Source: Vicinamibacteria bacterium (GTDB lineage Bacteria > Acidobacteriota > Vicinamibacteria > Marinacidobacterales > Marinacidobacteraceae). From it: a stretch of DNA of 64,000 nt. Under the pieces are notes generated by a model. That model did no database searches. It was not told the origin of the DNA and saw only the letters and a program-made list of their open reading frames with translations. The stretch covers positions 1,152,001-1,216,000 of the forward strand of contig OZ219816.1 in assembly GCA_964291235.2 (NCBI GenBank). The letters run 5' to 3'. The translations under genes were made by a program, and so were the position numbers. Positions 9,422 to 21,418 of the stretch are shown one piece after another (positions within the stretch are counted from its first letter, which is position 1; each line of letters starts with the position of its first letter).

Positions 9422-10038
9422 CCCCGACCACGCTCCGCTGGCGGGCGATCGCGCCCTTCCTGGCGGCAGGGTTTGTCGCCTACGGCGCCTTCCGGCTGCT
9501 GATTCGACCTGGAATGGTGCGCGAACTCCAGCAGCTTGAGAGCGAGGTGGCCGAAGGGGAGGCTCGTCTGGCCGGTGACGACACGAGCCCCCCGGAGTCC
9601 GGGGAGTCTCCCGGCGAAACCCGCGACGAGTTGGCCAGGCTGCGGGTGCGCATCGCGGCGCTTTCGGTAGGGCTGGCGAAGCCCAGCGAGGCCGAAGCGG
9701 CGCTTCGGTCCCTGGGTGCGCTGGCGTCGGACGCGGGGGTGCGCTTCCTTCGTTTCGCCCCGGAGCCCGAGGTTCGACTGGACGGCTATCTGGCGCGCGC
9801 GGTATCGGTGCAGGCCGAAGGATCGTTCTTCAATTTCCTGGGCTTCTTCGAGCAGGTTTCGCTCTTGCCCCATCTGGTCCTGGTGGAGGACATCGGAATG
9901 GAGGTGGCCGCCGGCGGTCTCGTCCGTTGCCGCTTCGTGGCGGTTGCGGTCCGCTCCGCCGAGGCCGCCCCGTCCCCGGTCCCGATGGCGGGCGGGGACG
10001 GTTTCGAGAAACCCGACGCGGGAAGGCCGGGATGTTGA
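9418..10038 (+). CDS. pilO: PilO family protein
   Basis: TM helix plus coiled coil; VQAEGSFFNFLGFFEQVSLLPHLV is typical of PilO. Confidence 0.8.
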   Translation: MTPTTLRWRAIAPFLAAGFVAYGAFRLLIRPGMVRELQQLESEVAEGEARLAGDDTSPPESGESPGETRDELARLRVRIAALSVGLAKPSEAEAALRSLGALASDAGVRFLRFAPEPEVRLDGYLARAVSVQAEGSFFNFLGFFEQVSLLPHLVLVEDIGMEVAAGGLVRCRFVAVAVRSAEAAPSPVPMAGGDGFEKPDAGRPGC

Positions 10039-10487
10039 TGCGCGGTTTCCTCGGGCGAGGCGGACTCGTCGTCGTGCTTGCCGGATTTCCGGTTTCCGGA
10101 GACGGCCGGGAGCCGGGAATGCGAGCGGCGGCTGGGACCCAGCGCGCCGGTGCGGAGCGAGGCCGCGATCCCTTCCGGCACCAGGCGTCCGGGGGCGAGG
10201 CCCCGCGCCCTCCGGGGCTTGCCGGTGTCGGAATCATGGAAGCCGTGATTCGCGGGATCGTGCGTTGGGAAAAAACGGATGCGGAAGAGGAAGCCCGATC
10301 ATCAGGGCTCGCGATTCTGGAGTCCGCGACCGGTGAAGGCTTCGTCGCGGTTCCGGGAGACCGTCTGCTGGACGGCGTGCTGGGCCGTATCGAGGACGCC
10401 GGGGTCAGCTTCTGGCTTGGCGGAGACCGCGCCCGCTCGGTGCATCGGCCGCTGGCGGCTTCACGCGCGACCTCGGAGGAGGAGTGA
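10032..10487 (+). CDS. pilP: PilP-like protein
   Basis: GRDPF motif; IRGIV..AILE..VPGDRLLDGVLGRIE; position between pilO and pilQ. Confidence 0.65.
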   Translation: MLMRGFLGRGGLVVVLAGFPVSGDGREPGMRAAAGTQRAGAERGRDPFRHQASGGEAPRPPGLAGVGIMEAVIRGIVRWEKTDAEEEARSSGLAILESATGEGFVAVPGDRLLDGVLGRIEDAGVSFWLGGDRARSVHRPLAASRATSEEE

Positions 10488-12295
10488 TGAGACTTGCGAC
10501 GAGACTCTTGAACCGTCCGGCGGGCGCCGGCCTGGTCTTGCTCGTCTGCCTCGGGCCGGGTGTCGCTCCGGCGGCCGGGCGCGGGCTCGAGGTGCAGGTG
10601 CTCGTTGCCGCTGGTCCGCCGGCGGTAACCGGCGTGGAAATCCATCCGGGGAACCGGGAGACAGTCCTGCGCTTTCCCACCGATGGGCAGCTGCGTCCAC
10701 CATCCGGCGCCGGGTTGCGGGACCGGTTCCAGGTGTTGATGCCGGGGGTGGACCTCGAGGCGGTGAAAGGATCCTGGGGGGTGGGAACTCCGGAGATCCT
10801 CGAAGTGCGGATCTCTCCGAAAGAGACCGAGGGCATCACCGTCGAGGCGGCGCCCGGCGTTCTCTGTGATCCGTCGCTATTCGCAGGGGGTCTCGAGATC
10901 ACCTGTCGCGCGCCGCCGGAGCCGGCTCCGGCAGGGGATGCCGATCAGGCCGACGCCCGGCGAGCGGAAGACGTCGAGCCGCGGGTCAGCCTTGACTTCC
11001 GGGACGCCGACCTTCGGGATGTGCTCCGCGTTTTGAGCGAAGTCAGCGGGCTCGACTTTGTGCTGCAGCCGGGGGTTTCGGGTCGCGTTTCCCTCCGGCT
11101 CACCGAGATTCCCTGGGACCGGGCGCTGGGCATTGTGCTCCGCTCGCAGCGGCTCGGGCACGTGCTCGAAGAGGGCGTCTTGCGCGTGGGACCCGCTTCC
11201 GAGCTCGCCGCCGAATACGAAGAGGAGCGGCGGCAGGCCGAAGCGCGCGAACTTGCCGGTGAACTGATCACCTTCAGTCGTAGCCTGGGCTACGTGCGCC
11301 CCGATGAGGTGAAAGAAGTGCTGGAAAGCCGACTGAGCGAGAGGGGAACGCTCGTCGCCGACCAGCGAACCGGAACGGTTCTGGTGGCGGATGTGGAAAG
11401 TCGGATTCGCGAAATCGAGTCCGTGCTGAACGTGCTGGACATCCCGGTTCCCGGCGTGGAGATCGAGGCGCGCATCGTGCTGGCCACGCGAACGCTCACT
11501 CGGCGGCTCGGAATCCAGTGGGGTGGAGGCCTGGTGCGCGAACACACCGGGAAGAAACTGCCTCAATCCTTCCGAATCGGTGCGGACGCGATCGGAGGAG
11601 CCACCTCGTCCTTTTCCAGCGGTAGTCCAGCGGGAGGGATCCTCTCCGCCGCGAACGCCGACGGCGAGCGTTCGGGCTACGGGGTGAACCTTCCGATCAC
11701 CGGGGCTCCTACCGGAGCGCTGGGGCTCGCCCTCGGGGCGCTGGGGGGCGCTGCCCATCTCGATGTGGCGCTGACCGCGGCGGAGCGCAAAGGAGAGGTC
11801 AGGATCCTCTCGGCACCGCGGATCGTCGCCCAAAACGCCCGGCCGGCAACCATCAAGCAGGGAGTGACCTTTCCGGTTCAGGTGGTGGCGAACAACACCG
11901 TTACGGTGCAGTTCCGGGACGCGGTTCTCGAGCTCACGGTTACCCCGCAGGTCAGTCCGGAGGGCACCGTTCTCCTGGATCTCACGGTGAGCAACGATGC
12001 GCTCGACTTCGGCCAGGCCGTTGGGGGGATTCCGAGCATTCTCACCCAGCACGCCACCACCCGGATACGGGTGGAAGACGGAGCGACGACGGTTCTCGGG
12101 GGTGTCTTTGCCACGCAGGACGCGCAGGACCGGGGCAGGGTGCCCGGCCTCCATCGGATACCCCTGCTGGGGCATCTGTTCCGGTCACGGGAACAAAACC
12201 ACCGCGATGAGGAGCTGCTCATCTTCCTCACCCCGAGAGTCCGCGCCTGGGAACAGGCGCGCCCGACGAAGCCGGATTCTCCCTCCGAGCCCTGA
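10484..12295 (+). CDS. pilQ: Type IV pilus secretin PilQ
   Basis: VSLDFRDADLRDVLR, IPWDRAL, VEIEARIV, SAPRIV, LTVTPQV, VPGLHRIPLLGHLFR, ELLIFLTPRV. Confidence 0.93.
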   Translation: MMRLATRLLNRPAGAGLVLLVCLGPGVAPAAGRGLEVQVLVAAGPPAVTGVEIHPGNRETVLRFPTDGQLRPPSGAGLRDRFQVLMPGVDLEAVKGSWGVGTPEILEVRISPKETEGITVEAAPGVLCDPSLFAGGLEITCRAPPEPAPAGDADQADARRAEDVEPRVSLDFRDADLRDVLRVLSEVSGLDFVLQPGVSGRVSLRLTEIPWDRALGIVLRSQRLGHVLEEGVLRVGPASELAAEYEEERRQAEARELAGELITFSRSLGYVRPDEVKEVLESRLSERGTLVADQRTGTVLVADVESRIREIESVLNVLDIPVPGVEIEARIVLATRTLTRRLGIQWGGGLVREHTGKKLPQSFRIGADAIGGATSSFSSGSPAGGILSAANADGERSGYGVNLPITGAPTGALGLALGALGGAAHLDVALTAAERKGEVRILSAPRIVAQNARPATIKQGVTFPVQVVANNTVTVQFRDAVLELTVTPQVSPEGTVLLDLTVSNDALDFGQAVGGIPSILTQHATTRIRVEDGATTVLGGVFATQDAQDRGRVPGLHRIPLLGHLFRSREQNHRDEELLIFLTPRVRAWEQARPTKPDSPSEP

Positions 12296-12368
12296 ATCGG
12301 ATCACCGCCGGACGGCGGTCCGTTGTGCTACCGTTCGCGCCGTTGCGGGCCGAGCCCCGCTGCCGTTC

Positions 12369-12830
12369 GTGCCCGCATCTTCGTCCAGAGAGCCGACCCT
12401 CGCCGATCTGCTGGAGGCTCTGGATCAGCTTGCCGGCACCGAGTTCCACGAAGTGGATCTTCGTATCGGAGGCGCGCGCCTGCGCGTCGCCCGGCAGCCG
12501 GCGGCGACGGTTGCGACCACCGTTCCGGCGCCCGTCCCGGCCCCTCCCGCGCCAGCGGATGATGGAGCGGCGGATTCGGCGGCAGCCGGGCTGGACACGG
12601 TGACCGCGCCCATGGTGGGAACCTTCTACCGGCGGCCCCGCCCGGACGCGGAGGCGTTCGTCAGTGTCGGAGATCGTGTGCGGAAAGGTCAGGTTCTCTG
12701 CATCATCGAAGCCATGAAGTTGATGAACAACATCGAGGCGGAGAGCGGTGGAGAAATCGTGGAGATCCTCCCGGAAGACGCCTCCCCGGTGCAGTACGGG
12801 GACCGGCTCTTCGTGATCCGGCCAGCCTGA
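12369..12830 (+). CDS. accB: Acetyl-CoA carboxylase biotin carboxyl carrier protein
   Basis: APMVGTFY, IEAMKLMN biotinylation motif; start codon (GTG) inferred. Confidence 0.93.
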   Translation: MPASSSREPTLADLLEALDQLAGTEFHEVDLRIGGARLRVARQPAATVATTVPAPVPAPPAPADDGAADSAAAGLDTVTAPMVGTFYRRPRPDAEAFVSVGDRVRKGQVLCIIEAMKLMNNIEAESGGEIVEILPEDASPVQYGDRLFVIRPA

Positions 12831-12866
12831 ACAAGAGCCGCGTGACCTTGTTCACAGGCTGCTGAC

Positions 12867-14201
12867 GTGTTCAACAAGGTTCTCGTCGCCAACCGCGGGG
12901 AGATCGCGGTCCGGATCATCGCCGCCTGCCGGGACCTCGGCCTCCGCACGGTCGTTGCGTACTCGGATGCGGACCGCGACTCGTTGCCGGTGCGCCTTGC
13001 GGACGAGCGGGTTTGCATCGGCCCGGCGTCGCCCGCCGAGAGCTATCTGGACGTGCCGCGAATCCTGACCGCGGCGGAGATTTCGGGCGCGGGGGCCATT
13101 CATCCTGGCTATGGGTTCCTTGCCGAGAGCCACGCGCTTGCGGAGGTGTGCGAAGCCTGTCGCGTGACCTTCATCGGACCGCCACCGGAGAGCATCCGCA
13201 CCATGGGGGACAAGGCGCTTGCCCGCCGGGTCATGCGGGACGCCGGGGTTCCCATCCTGCCCGGCACCGAATCCGGAGTCTCGGGTGTGGAAGAAGCAAC
13301 CCGGGTTGCCGGCGAGATCGGATATCCGGTGCTGCTGAAGGCCTCTTTCGGCGGTGGCGGTCGTGGAATGCGCATCGTGAATGCCGAATCGGAGTTGGCG
13401 CCGGCGCTGGCTTCTGCTGCCGCCGAGGCGCAGGCAGCGTTCGGGGACGCGGAGATGTACATCGAGCGGTATCTGCCCAGCGTGCGCCACATCGAGGTCC
13501 AGGTGTTTGCGGATGAGCACACCAATACCGTGCACCTTGGCGAGCGGGACTGTTCCGTCCAGCGCCGGCACCAGAAACTCGTGGAAGAAGCTCCCGGCCC
13601 CGGCTTGACCGAGGCCACCCGCAAGAAGCTTGGAGAAGCCGCGGTGAAGGCGGCCCGGGCGGTGAACTATCGAAATGCGGGCACGGTCGAGTTCCTGATG
13701 GATCCCGAAGGGAACTTTTTCTTCAGCGAGATGAATGTGCGCATCCAGGTCGAGCACCCGGTGACCGAAATGGTCACCGGGCTGGACCTGGTGCGGGAAC
13801 AGATCCGGGTCGCGGCCGGCGAGCCGCTCTCCTTCTCACAGGAGTCGTTTCGGGTTTCGGGGGCGGCGATCGAGTGTCGGATCAATGCCGAGGATCCGGA
13901 ACGGTTCATTCCGAGTCCCGGCACGATCACCGCGTTCCACAGCCCTGGCGGACCCGGGGTCCGGGTGGACACGGCGGCGCATGCGGGGGCGGTCATTCCG
14001 CCGTACTACGACTCGCTGGTAGCCAAACTCATTGTGCACGGCGAGGATCGACCGCACGCGGTGGCGCGGATGCGGCGAGCTCTTGCCGAGATGGAGGTGG
14101 AGGGAATTCACACGACTCTCCCGCTCCATCGTCGGATCATGGAGAGCGAGGAGTTTCTGGCCGGTGGCTTCGACACCGGGTTCATCGGGCGCCTCGACTG
14201 A
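12867..14201 (+). CDS. accC: Biotin carboxylase
   Basis: ANRGEIAVR, HPGYGFLAE, GGGGRGMR, ERDCSVQRRHQK, RIQVEHPVTE, YYDSLVAKLI. Confidence 0.97.
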   Translation: MFNKVLVANRGEIAVRIIAACRDLGLRTVVAYSDADRDSLPVRLADERVCIGPASPAESYLDVPRILTAAEISGAGAIHPGYGFLAESHALAEVCEACRVTFIGPPPESIRTMGDKALARRVMRDAGVPILPGTESGVSGVEEATRVAGEIGYPVLLKASFGGGGRGMRIVNAESELAPALASAAAEAQAAFGDAEMYIERYLPSVRHIEVQVFADEHTNTVHLGERDCSVQRRHQKLVEEAPGPGLTEATRKKLGEAAVKAARAVNYRNAGTVEFLMDPEGNFFFSEMNVRIQVEHPVTEMVTGLDLVREQIRVAAGEPLSFSQESFRVSGAAIECRINAEDPERFIPSPGTITAFHSPGGPGVRVDTAAHAGAVIPPYYDSLVAKLIVHGEDRPHAVARMRRALAEMEVEGIHTTLPLHRRIMESEEFLAGGFDTGFIGRLD

Positions 14202-14237
14202 TCGGGACCCGGTCGGAGGAGAACGAGCGACGTCCTG

Positions 14238-14928
14238 GTGCTCCCGGAGATTTTTCGCGACGGGTCCGATCTATCCCATTCTGGAAGCGAGCGTCTTCGG
14301 TGAGCGGGATCCCGGGCCGGTTCTTCGCGCGCTGGGGGCGGCAGGGGTCCGGGTTGTGCAGTTGCGAGGCAAGGAGATGCCAAGCGGATCCTTCCTGGCC
14401 TGGGTGGCGGCCGGAGTTCAAGGGGTCGCCGCGAGCGGCGTCCGGATCGTCGTGAACGACCGTGCCGACATCGCCCTGTTGACGGGAGCGGATGGTGTGC
14501 ACCTCGGGCAGGACGACCTTTCGCCAAGGGCGGTCCGCAGGCTGCTTGGCCCGCGAGCGGTCATCGGTCTTTCGACCCACACTCGCGAAGAACTGGAGGC
14601 TGCCCGCGACGAGCCCGCCGACTATCTTGCGGTGGGACCGGTGTTCGAGACTGCCACCAAGGCCGATTCCGCGCCGGTCGTCTCGCTGTCCGGGCTACGC
14701 GAAGCGCGGAGTCTCTACGCCGGACCTCTGGTTGCGATCGGTGGAATCAGCCGGTCGCGGGTCGGCGCGGTGCTGGCGGCGGGGGCGGACGCGGCGGCGG
14801 TGATCTCCGCGTTGGCCGGTTCCTCGCCCGAAGAGATCGCCGACAAGGCACACGCGCTGCTCCGGGTGGCGACGACCCGTCCGGCGCCCCGAGGCTCGGG
14901 CAGCCGGGCTCGGCATTCCGATTGTTGA
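14238..14928 (+). CDS. thiE: Thiamine phosphate synthase (start codon problematic; possible 1-nt indel near 14251-14255)
   Basis: VQLRGK, VNDRADIA, GVHLGQDD, GLSTH, GPVFETATK, AIGGI; no canonical in-frame start between accC stop and IYPIL. Confidence 0.85.
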
Positions 14929-14935
14929 GGAGAGA

Positions 14936-15865
14936 TTGATGGCCGGAAGAATCCTGGACGGAAAGAAGATCGGAGCGGCAATCCGCGCCGATGCCGCGGT
15001 GGCGGCTCGGGGATTCGCCCGCGGCGGACGCCCGCCGGGGCTGGCGGTGGTGCTGGTCGGTGACGACCCCGCCTCGGCGATCTATGTGCGGGGCAAGATC
15101 AAGGCTTCCAGGGAAGCGGGGATCTCTTCCGAAACTCATCGTCTGCCCGCCACCACCCAGGCGGCGGAACTGGCCGCGCTGCTGGACCGGCTGAACCGGA
15201 ACGATGCGGTGGACGCCATCCTGCTCCAGCTTCCCTTGCCGGGAGGACTCGATGCATCGGAGTTCCTGTCCCGGATTCGCCCGGACAAGGACGTGGACGG
15301 TTTCCACCCCGAGAACGTGGGTCGATTGATGGCGAATCTCCCGGGTCCGCGACCCTGCACGCCGGCCGGCATCATGGAGATGTTTCGCCGCGAAGGGATC
15401 GAGGTCCGGGGAGCACGCGCGGTCGTCGTGGGGCGGAGTGACATCGTCGGGAAGCCGCTGGCGCTGCTCCTGCTTCATCAGCACGCCACCGTTACCGTGT
15501 GCCATTCGCGAACGAGGGATCTTCCCGGAGTTTGCCGCGAGGCCGACATCCTCTGCACGGCAATCGGCCGGGCGGGGATGGTGGGGCGGGACGCCATTCG
15601 GGATGGCGCGGTGGTCGTGGATGTCGGGATGAACCGCGCGGTTAGCGAAGAGGAAGTCCGCGACTTCTTCGGCGAGGATGAGCGGCGGCTGGCCCGGTTC
15701 CGGAAGAACGGCTATACCCTGGTGGGGGACGTCCATCCCCTGGCGATGCGCGAACGGTCCTCGGCATACACCCCGGTTCCCGGCGGCGTGGGGCCGCTCA
15801 CCATTGCGATGCTGCTGGCGAACACCGTCGCGCTCGCCGTCGCTCGCCAGGCCGCCGGCGCTTAG
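14936..15865 (+). CDS. folD: Methylenetetrahydrofolate dehydrogenase/cyclohydrolase
   Basis: LAVVLVGDDPASAIYV, KDVDGFHPEN, PCTPAG, GRSDIVGKP, TPVPGGVGPLT. Confidence 0.97.
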   Translation: MMAGRILDGKKIGAAIRADAAVAARGFARGGRPPGLAVVLVGDDPASAIYVRGKIKASREAGISSETHRLPATTQAAELAALLDRLNRNDAVDAILLQLPLPGGLDASEFLSRIRPDKDVDGFHPENVGRLMANLPGPRPCTPAGIMEMFRREGIEVRGARAVVVGRSDIVGKPLALLLLHQHATVTVCHSRTRDLPGVCREADILCTAIGRAGMVGRDAIRDGAVVVDVGMNRAVSEEEVRDFFGEDERRLARFRKNGYTLVGDVHPLAMRERSSAYTPVPGGVGPLTIAMLLANTVALAVARQAAGA

Positions 15866-15869
15866 CCCA

Positions 15870-16478
15870 TTGCTGCGGATCGGACTTACCGGCGGGATCG
15901 CCTCGGGGAAGAGCACGGTTCGCCGGGTATTGGAGGCGAGCGGGATTCCCATGCTCGATGCAGACGCGTTGACGCACGAGTTCTTTGCACCGGGCGGCGA
16001 GCTGGTGGAGGAGATCGCCAGCCACTTCGGCGCGGACATCCTCGATCCGGAAGGTGGGATCCACCGGAAGACCCTCGGAGCCCGCGTCTTTGCCGACCCG
16101 GCGGAGCGGAAATGGCTGAACCAGGTGGTGCACCCGCGGATCTGGCAGCGGACCCGGGCCTTTCTGGAGCAAAACGAAGCCGAGGGGAAAGACGTCGCGG
16201 GCGTGGAAGCCGCCCTCATGGTCGAGACCGGCAGCGCTCGGAACTATGACCGGCTGGTGGTTGTCGTCTGCCGTCCGGAGCAGCAGTTCGAACGCCTCAC
16301 GGCGCGCCCCGGGATGAGCCCGGGGGAGGCGCGTCTGCGCCTCGCCGCGCAGATGGATCCCCTGGAGAAAGCCCGGCAGGCGGACGATCTGGTGGATGCT
16401 TCCGGAACCCTGGAGGAAACCGAAGCGGCGGCCGAAGCGCTGGCGGCGGCGCTCCTGGGGCGCGCCGCGGAAGCGTGA
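15870..16478 (+). CDS. coaE: Dephospho-CoA kinase
   Basis: LRIGLTGGIASGKS, DAD, LNQVVHP, RLAAQM. Confidence 0.93.
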   Translation: MLRIGLTGGIASGKSTVRRVLEASGIPMLDADALTHEFFAPGGELVEEIASHFGADILDPEGGIHRKTLGARVFADPAERKWLNQVVHPRIWQRTRAFLEQNEAEGKDVAGVEAALMVETGSARNYDRLVVVVCRPEQQFERLTARPGMSPGEARLRLAAQMDPLEKARQADDLVDASGTLEETEAAAEALAAALLGRAAEA

Positions 16479-17081
16479 CTACCCCCAGAACCGGAACAAG
16501 GCGTCGTCGAGCAACCCCCGAGCCTCCAGGATCCGTTCGATTATCTGGCGGACCGCGCCGCGTCCACCCGGAGCGTCGGCCACGAAATGGACGCATTCCA
16601 GCACGGCCGGATGAGCGTCCGCGGGGGCCGCGGCGAATCCGGCCCGCCGAAGCGCCGGCAGGTCCTGCACGTCATCGCCGATAAAGGCAACCTGCGGCGC
16701 CCCGAGCCCGAAAGCCGCGCAGGCCTCATCGAAGGCCGGGCCCTTGTCGAAACAGCCCTCGCGGAGAAAGTCCAGGGAAAGTTCGGCGGCCCGCCCCTGC
16801 ACGCTCCCGGAGCGGCGGCCGGTGACGAAACCGAGGCGCAAGCCACTTTTCTTCGCCATCACCAGGCCCAACCCGTCTCGGGAATGGAACCGCTTACGTT
16901 CTGGAATCCCCGCACTCTCATCGCCGGGCTCGAACGTGCCGTCGGTCAGAACGCCGTCCACGTCGAGCAAAATGGCCTCGATCGCTGCTGCCCGACGGGA
17001 CACCGGATCGCCCCCGAAGGCGCTTTCGTCCGGTTCCGGCGAGCCAGAAGTGCCGGAACCGGCGCGGTCGCGGTTGGGCAC
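16479..17081 (-). CDS. kdsC: KDO 8-phosphate phosphatase (HAD, YrbI/KdsC family)
   Basis: LLDVDGVLTDG, FHSRDGLG, FIGDDVQD, GGRGAVRQ. Confidence 0.85.
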   Translation of the reverse strand: MPNRDRAGSGTSGSPEPDESAFGGDPVSRRAAAIEAILLDVDGVLTDGTFEPGDESAGIPERKRFHSRDGLGLVMAKKSGLRLGFVTGRRSGSVQGRAAELSLDFLREGCFDKGPAFDEACAAFGLGAPQVAFIGDDVQDLPALRRAGFAAAPADAHPAVLECVHFVADAPGGRGAVRQIIERILEARGLLDDALFRFWG

Positions 17082-17107
17082 GGAAGATCGGCCCGGCCGG
17101 CGCCGGA

Positions 17108-18820
<1,713 letters not shown>

Positions 18821-19054
18821 TTACCAGACACGCCCCCGGTACGCCGCCGAAGGCGCGGGAACAAACAGGACCGGGATCCGGCGGGCGCCGGCCCCCGGGG
18901 ACCGCAGTTGCGCCCGGCGCTCGCAGGTGCGGCGGTTCCGATCCGGATCGAGCGTTGGCCGCACGTAGGCAACCTCCGGGCCACCAGCGGGTGTTTTTTC
19001 GGGGCGAAACAAGTTTGACAGGGATCCGGAAGAAATTTCGTCTGGTCTCTTGAG

Positions 19055-20179
19055 ATGCCCGACCCAATCTCCCCAGATGTGACCGCGGCGACGGATTCCC
19101 GAGCCGGGTTGCGCCGGCTGCTACAGCAACTGGTGAATCTCGGGGGAAGTGACCTGCATCTGAGCCCGGGGGCGATTCCACGCCTTCGGATCGATGGCAG
19201 GCTACGGCACGCGGGCGGCGAAGCGCCCCCCGCTGAGGCGGTGCAGGCGATGATCTCCGCGGGGATCGCGGATCGTCAACGCGACCTGCTGCGCCGGGAT
19301 GGAGAGGCCGACTACTCCTTCACCTTGACCGGCGTCGGCCGCTTCCGGGCGAGCGTCTTTCGCACCCGGGGCGCGCTCGCCGCGGTGTATCGGGTCGTCG
19401 CCACCGAGGTGCCTTCTCTCGAGGCGCTGGGGGCGCCTGCCAGCGTGTCGGGGCTCGCCCGCCTCGGATCCGGTCTGGTCCTCACTTCCGGACCGGTCGG
19501 CTCGGGAAAGTCCACGACCCTCGCAGCCGTCGTGGACCGCATCAACCGAACGCGGCCGGTCCACATCGTTACGGTCGAGGATCCGGTGGAGATCGTCCAC
19601 CCGAGTCGCCGGGCGCTGGTTACGCAGCGGCAGGTCGGTAGCGACACCGGTTCCTTCCATACGGCGCTCCGCTCCGTCTTGCGTTCGGATCCGGACGTGG
19701 TGGTAATCGGTGAAATCCGGGACCGGGAAACTGTCGATGCGGCCCTCCGGGTGAGCGAAACGGGGCACCTGGCATTGGCGACGATTCACGCCCGCTCCAC
19801 GCTTCACGCGCTGGCCCGAATCGTGGAGATGTTTCCGGCCTCGCAACATCGACAGGCAAGAGTCCGGCTGTCGGCGTCGCTCGAGACGATCTACTGCCAA
19901 CGACTGGTGCCGCGCGCCGACGGGCGTGGCCGTGTCCTCGCCGTTGAGCAGTTGACTCCAACGCCCGCCGCGCGCAACCTGATCCGCGAAGACAAGCTGC
20001 ACCAACTGTTTGCGGTGATGGATGCCGGGGCGGGGCGGGGAACGGCGGTAGCGCTGAACGACGCGCTCGCCTCCCTGTGCCGCCAGGGCGTCATAAGCCG
20101 CAGCGATGCGCTCGCCGCCTCAAATGAGCCCGCAAGCCTGGGGACGGCCCTGGGTGCGGCCACGAATGGACGCGGTTGA
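19055..20179 (+). CDS. pilT: Type IV pilus retraction ATPase
   Basis: GSDLHL, GPVGSGKST, EDPVE, DPDVVVIGEIRD, ETGHL..TIH, AARNLIRE (AIRNLIRE-like). Confidence 0.9.
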   Translation: MPDPISPDVTAATDSRAGLRRLLQQLVNLGGSDLHLSPGAIPRLRIDGRLRHAGGEAPPAEAVQAMISAGIADRQRDLLRRDGEADYSFTLTGVGRFRASVFRTRGALAAVYRVVATEVPSLEALGAPASVSGLARLGSGLVLTSGPVGSGKSTTLAAVVDRINRTRPVHIVTVEDPVEIVHPSRRALVTQRQVGSDTGSFHTALRSVLRSDPDVVVIGEIRDRETVDAALRVSETGHLALATIHARSTLHALARIVEMFPASQHRQARVRLSASLETIYCQRLVPRADGRGRVLAVEQLTPTPAARNLIREDKLHQLFAVMDAGAGRGTAVALNDALASLCRQGVISRSDALAASNEPASLGTALGAATNGRG

Positions 20180-20185
20180 CGGACC

Positions 20186-21322
20186 GTGCCCCCGGCGAGT
20201 GCGCTCAGGTCGCGGGCGGGCAACCGAGAACGCGCCCGAGAATGGGCCGGTCGCCTTCGTGAATTTGCCTCCGCGCTGCTGCCGAATCCCGTCAGTCGGA
20301 GGAAGGTCGCGCAGTTCGTGCGCCAACTGGGGGTCATGGTGGGCGCCGGGCTGCCGCTCGCCGAGAGCCTTTCGGTCCTCCAGCGTCAGGAGGACAATCG
20401 GCGGCTCCAGGCGACGCTGGCGAGCATCGGCCGAGATGTGGAATCCGGCAGTTCGTTGGCAGCGGCGATGAGCCGTCACCCGCGCGTCTTCGGCCGCCTT
20501 GCGGTGGCCATGACCTCCATCGGAGAAACGGGAGGACGGCTTGACCAGAGCCTGCTGCGCCTGGCGGCCGAACTCGAAAAGGCGGCCGCGGTGACACAGC
20601 ACGTGCGGGGAGCTTTCGCGTACCCGGTGGTGGTCGGCGCTATCGGAGTGGCGGTTGTCTCCGTAATCCTGTGGCGCGTGGTTCCGGTGTTCAGCCAACT
20701 CTACGAAGGCCTCGACGCCGACCTCCCGCTTCTCACGCGCGTGGTCATCGAGGCCTCCCGGTCGTTCGAGTCCTGGTCGTTGCTGGGATTGCTTCTCCTG
20801 GCATCCGGGGTGGCAGCCATTACCCACCTGCGCCGGACCCGGACAGGCGGCGCCTGGTGCGATCGTCTGGCGCTCCATCTCCCGCTCTTCGGCGGGTTGC
20901 TGCGGGGGGCCGGCATTTCCCGCTTCTGCAGGACTCTTTCGGTGCTCACCGAGGCCGGAGTTCCGGTGCTCGAGGGCCTGGACATAGCCCGTCGCGCCGT
21001 GGGAAACGGCCATCTGGAAGCCGCAATCGCGGACGTTCGCTCGAGGGTGGAGGCGGGGTCCTCGCTCGCGCACCCCCTCCGTCAGACGGGGTTGTTTCCG
21101 CCCATGGTGGTGCAGATGGTGGCGGTGGGGGAACGCACCGGTGAACTCGATACTTCGCTGGAGAAAGTCGCCGACTTCTATGAGGAGGAAGTGAAGCGAA
21201 CGACCGCAACAATCCTGCCTCTCATCGAACCTCTGCTGATTCTCGTGCTGGGGCTGGTAATCGGAGCCATCGTGATCGCCATGTACCTCCCCATCTGGAC
21301 TCTCGTCGGTCACCTGGCGTGA
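20186..21322 (+). CDS. pilC: Type IV pilus platform protein (PilC/GspF family)
   Basis: FVRQLGVMVGAGLPL, GETGGRLD, GERTGELD, IEPLLI..AMYLPI. Confidence 0.92.
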   Translation: MPPASALRSRAGNRERAREWAGRLREFASALLPNPVSRRKVAQFVRQLGVMVGAGLPLAESLSVLQRQEDNRRLQATLASIGRDVESGSSLAAAMSRHPRVFGRLAVAMTSIGETGGRLDQSLLRLAAELEKAAAVTQHVRGAFAYPVVVGAIGVAVVSVILWRVVPVFSQLYEGLDADLPLLTRVVIEASRSFESWSLLGLLLLASGVAAITHLRRTRTGGAWCDRLALHLPLFGGLLRGAGISRFCRTLSVLTEAGVPVLEGLDIARRAVGNGHLEAAIADVRSRVEAGSSLAHPLRQTGLFPPMVVQMVAVGERTGELDTSLEKVADFYEEEVKRTTATILPLIEPLLILVLGLVIGAIVIAMYLPIWTLVGHLA

Positions 21323-21418
21323 TCAGTGACCATCTCTCTCCGCGCCCCAGCGCGATCTCGCGTCCGCCATCCCCGGCGCCGCGTCGCACCCCACCCCTCC
21401 AAGGAGGACTATCCTTCC

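Noticed and set aside
19015-19045. TTGACA as a sigma70 promoter for pilT
   Set aside because: No convincing -10 hexamer at 16-18 nt spacing
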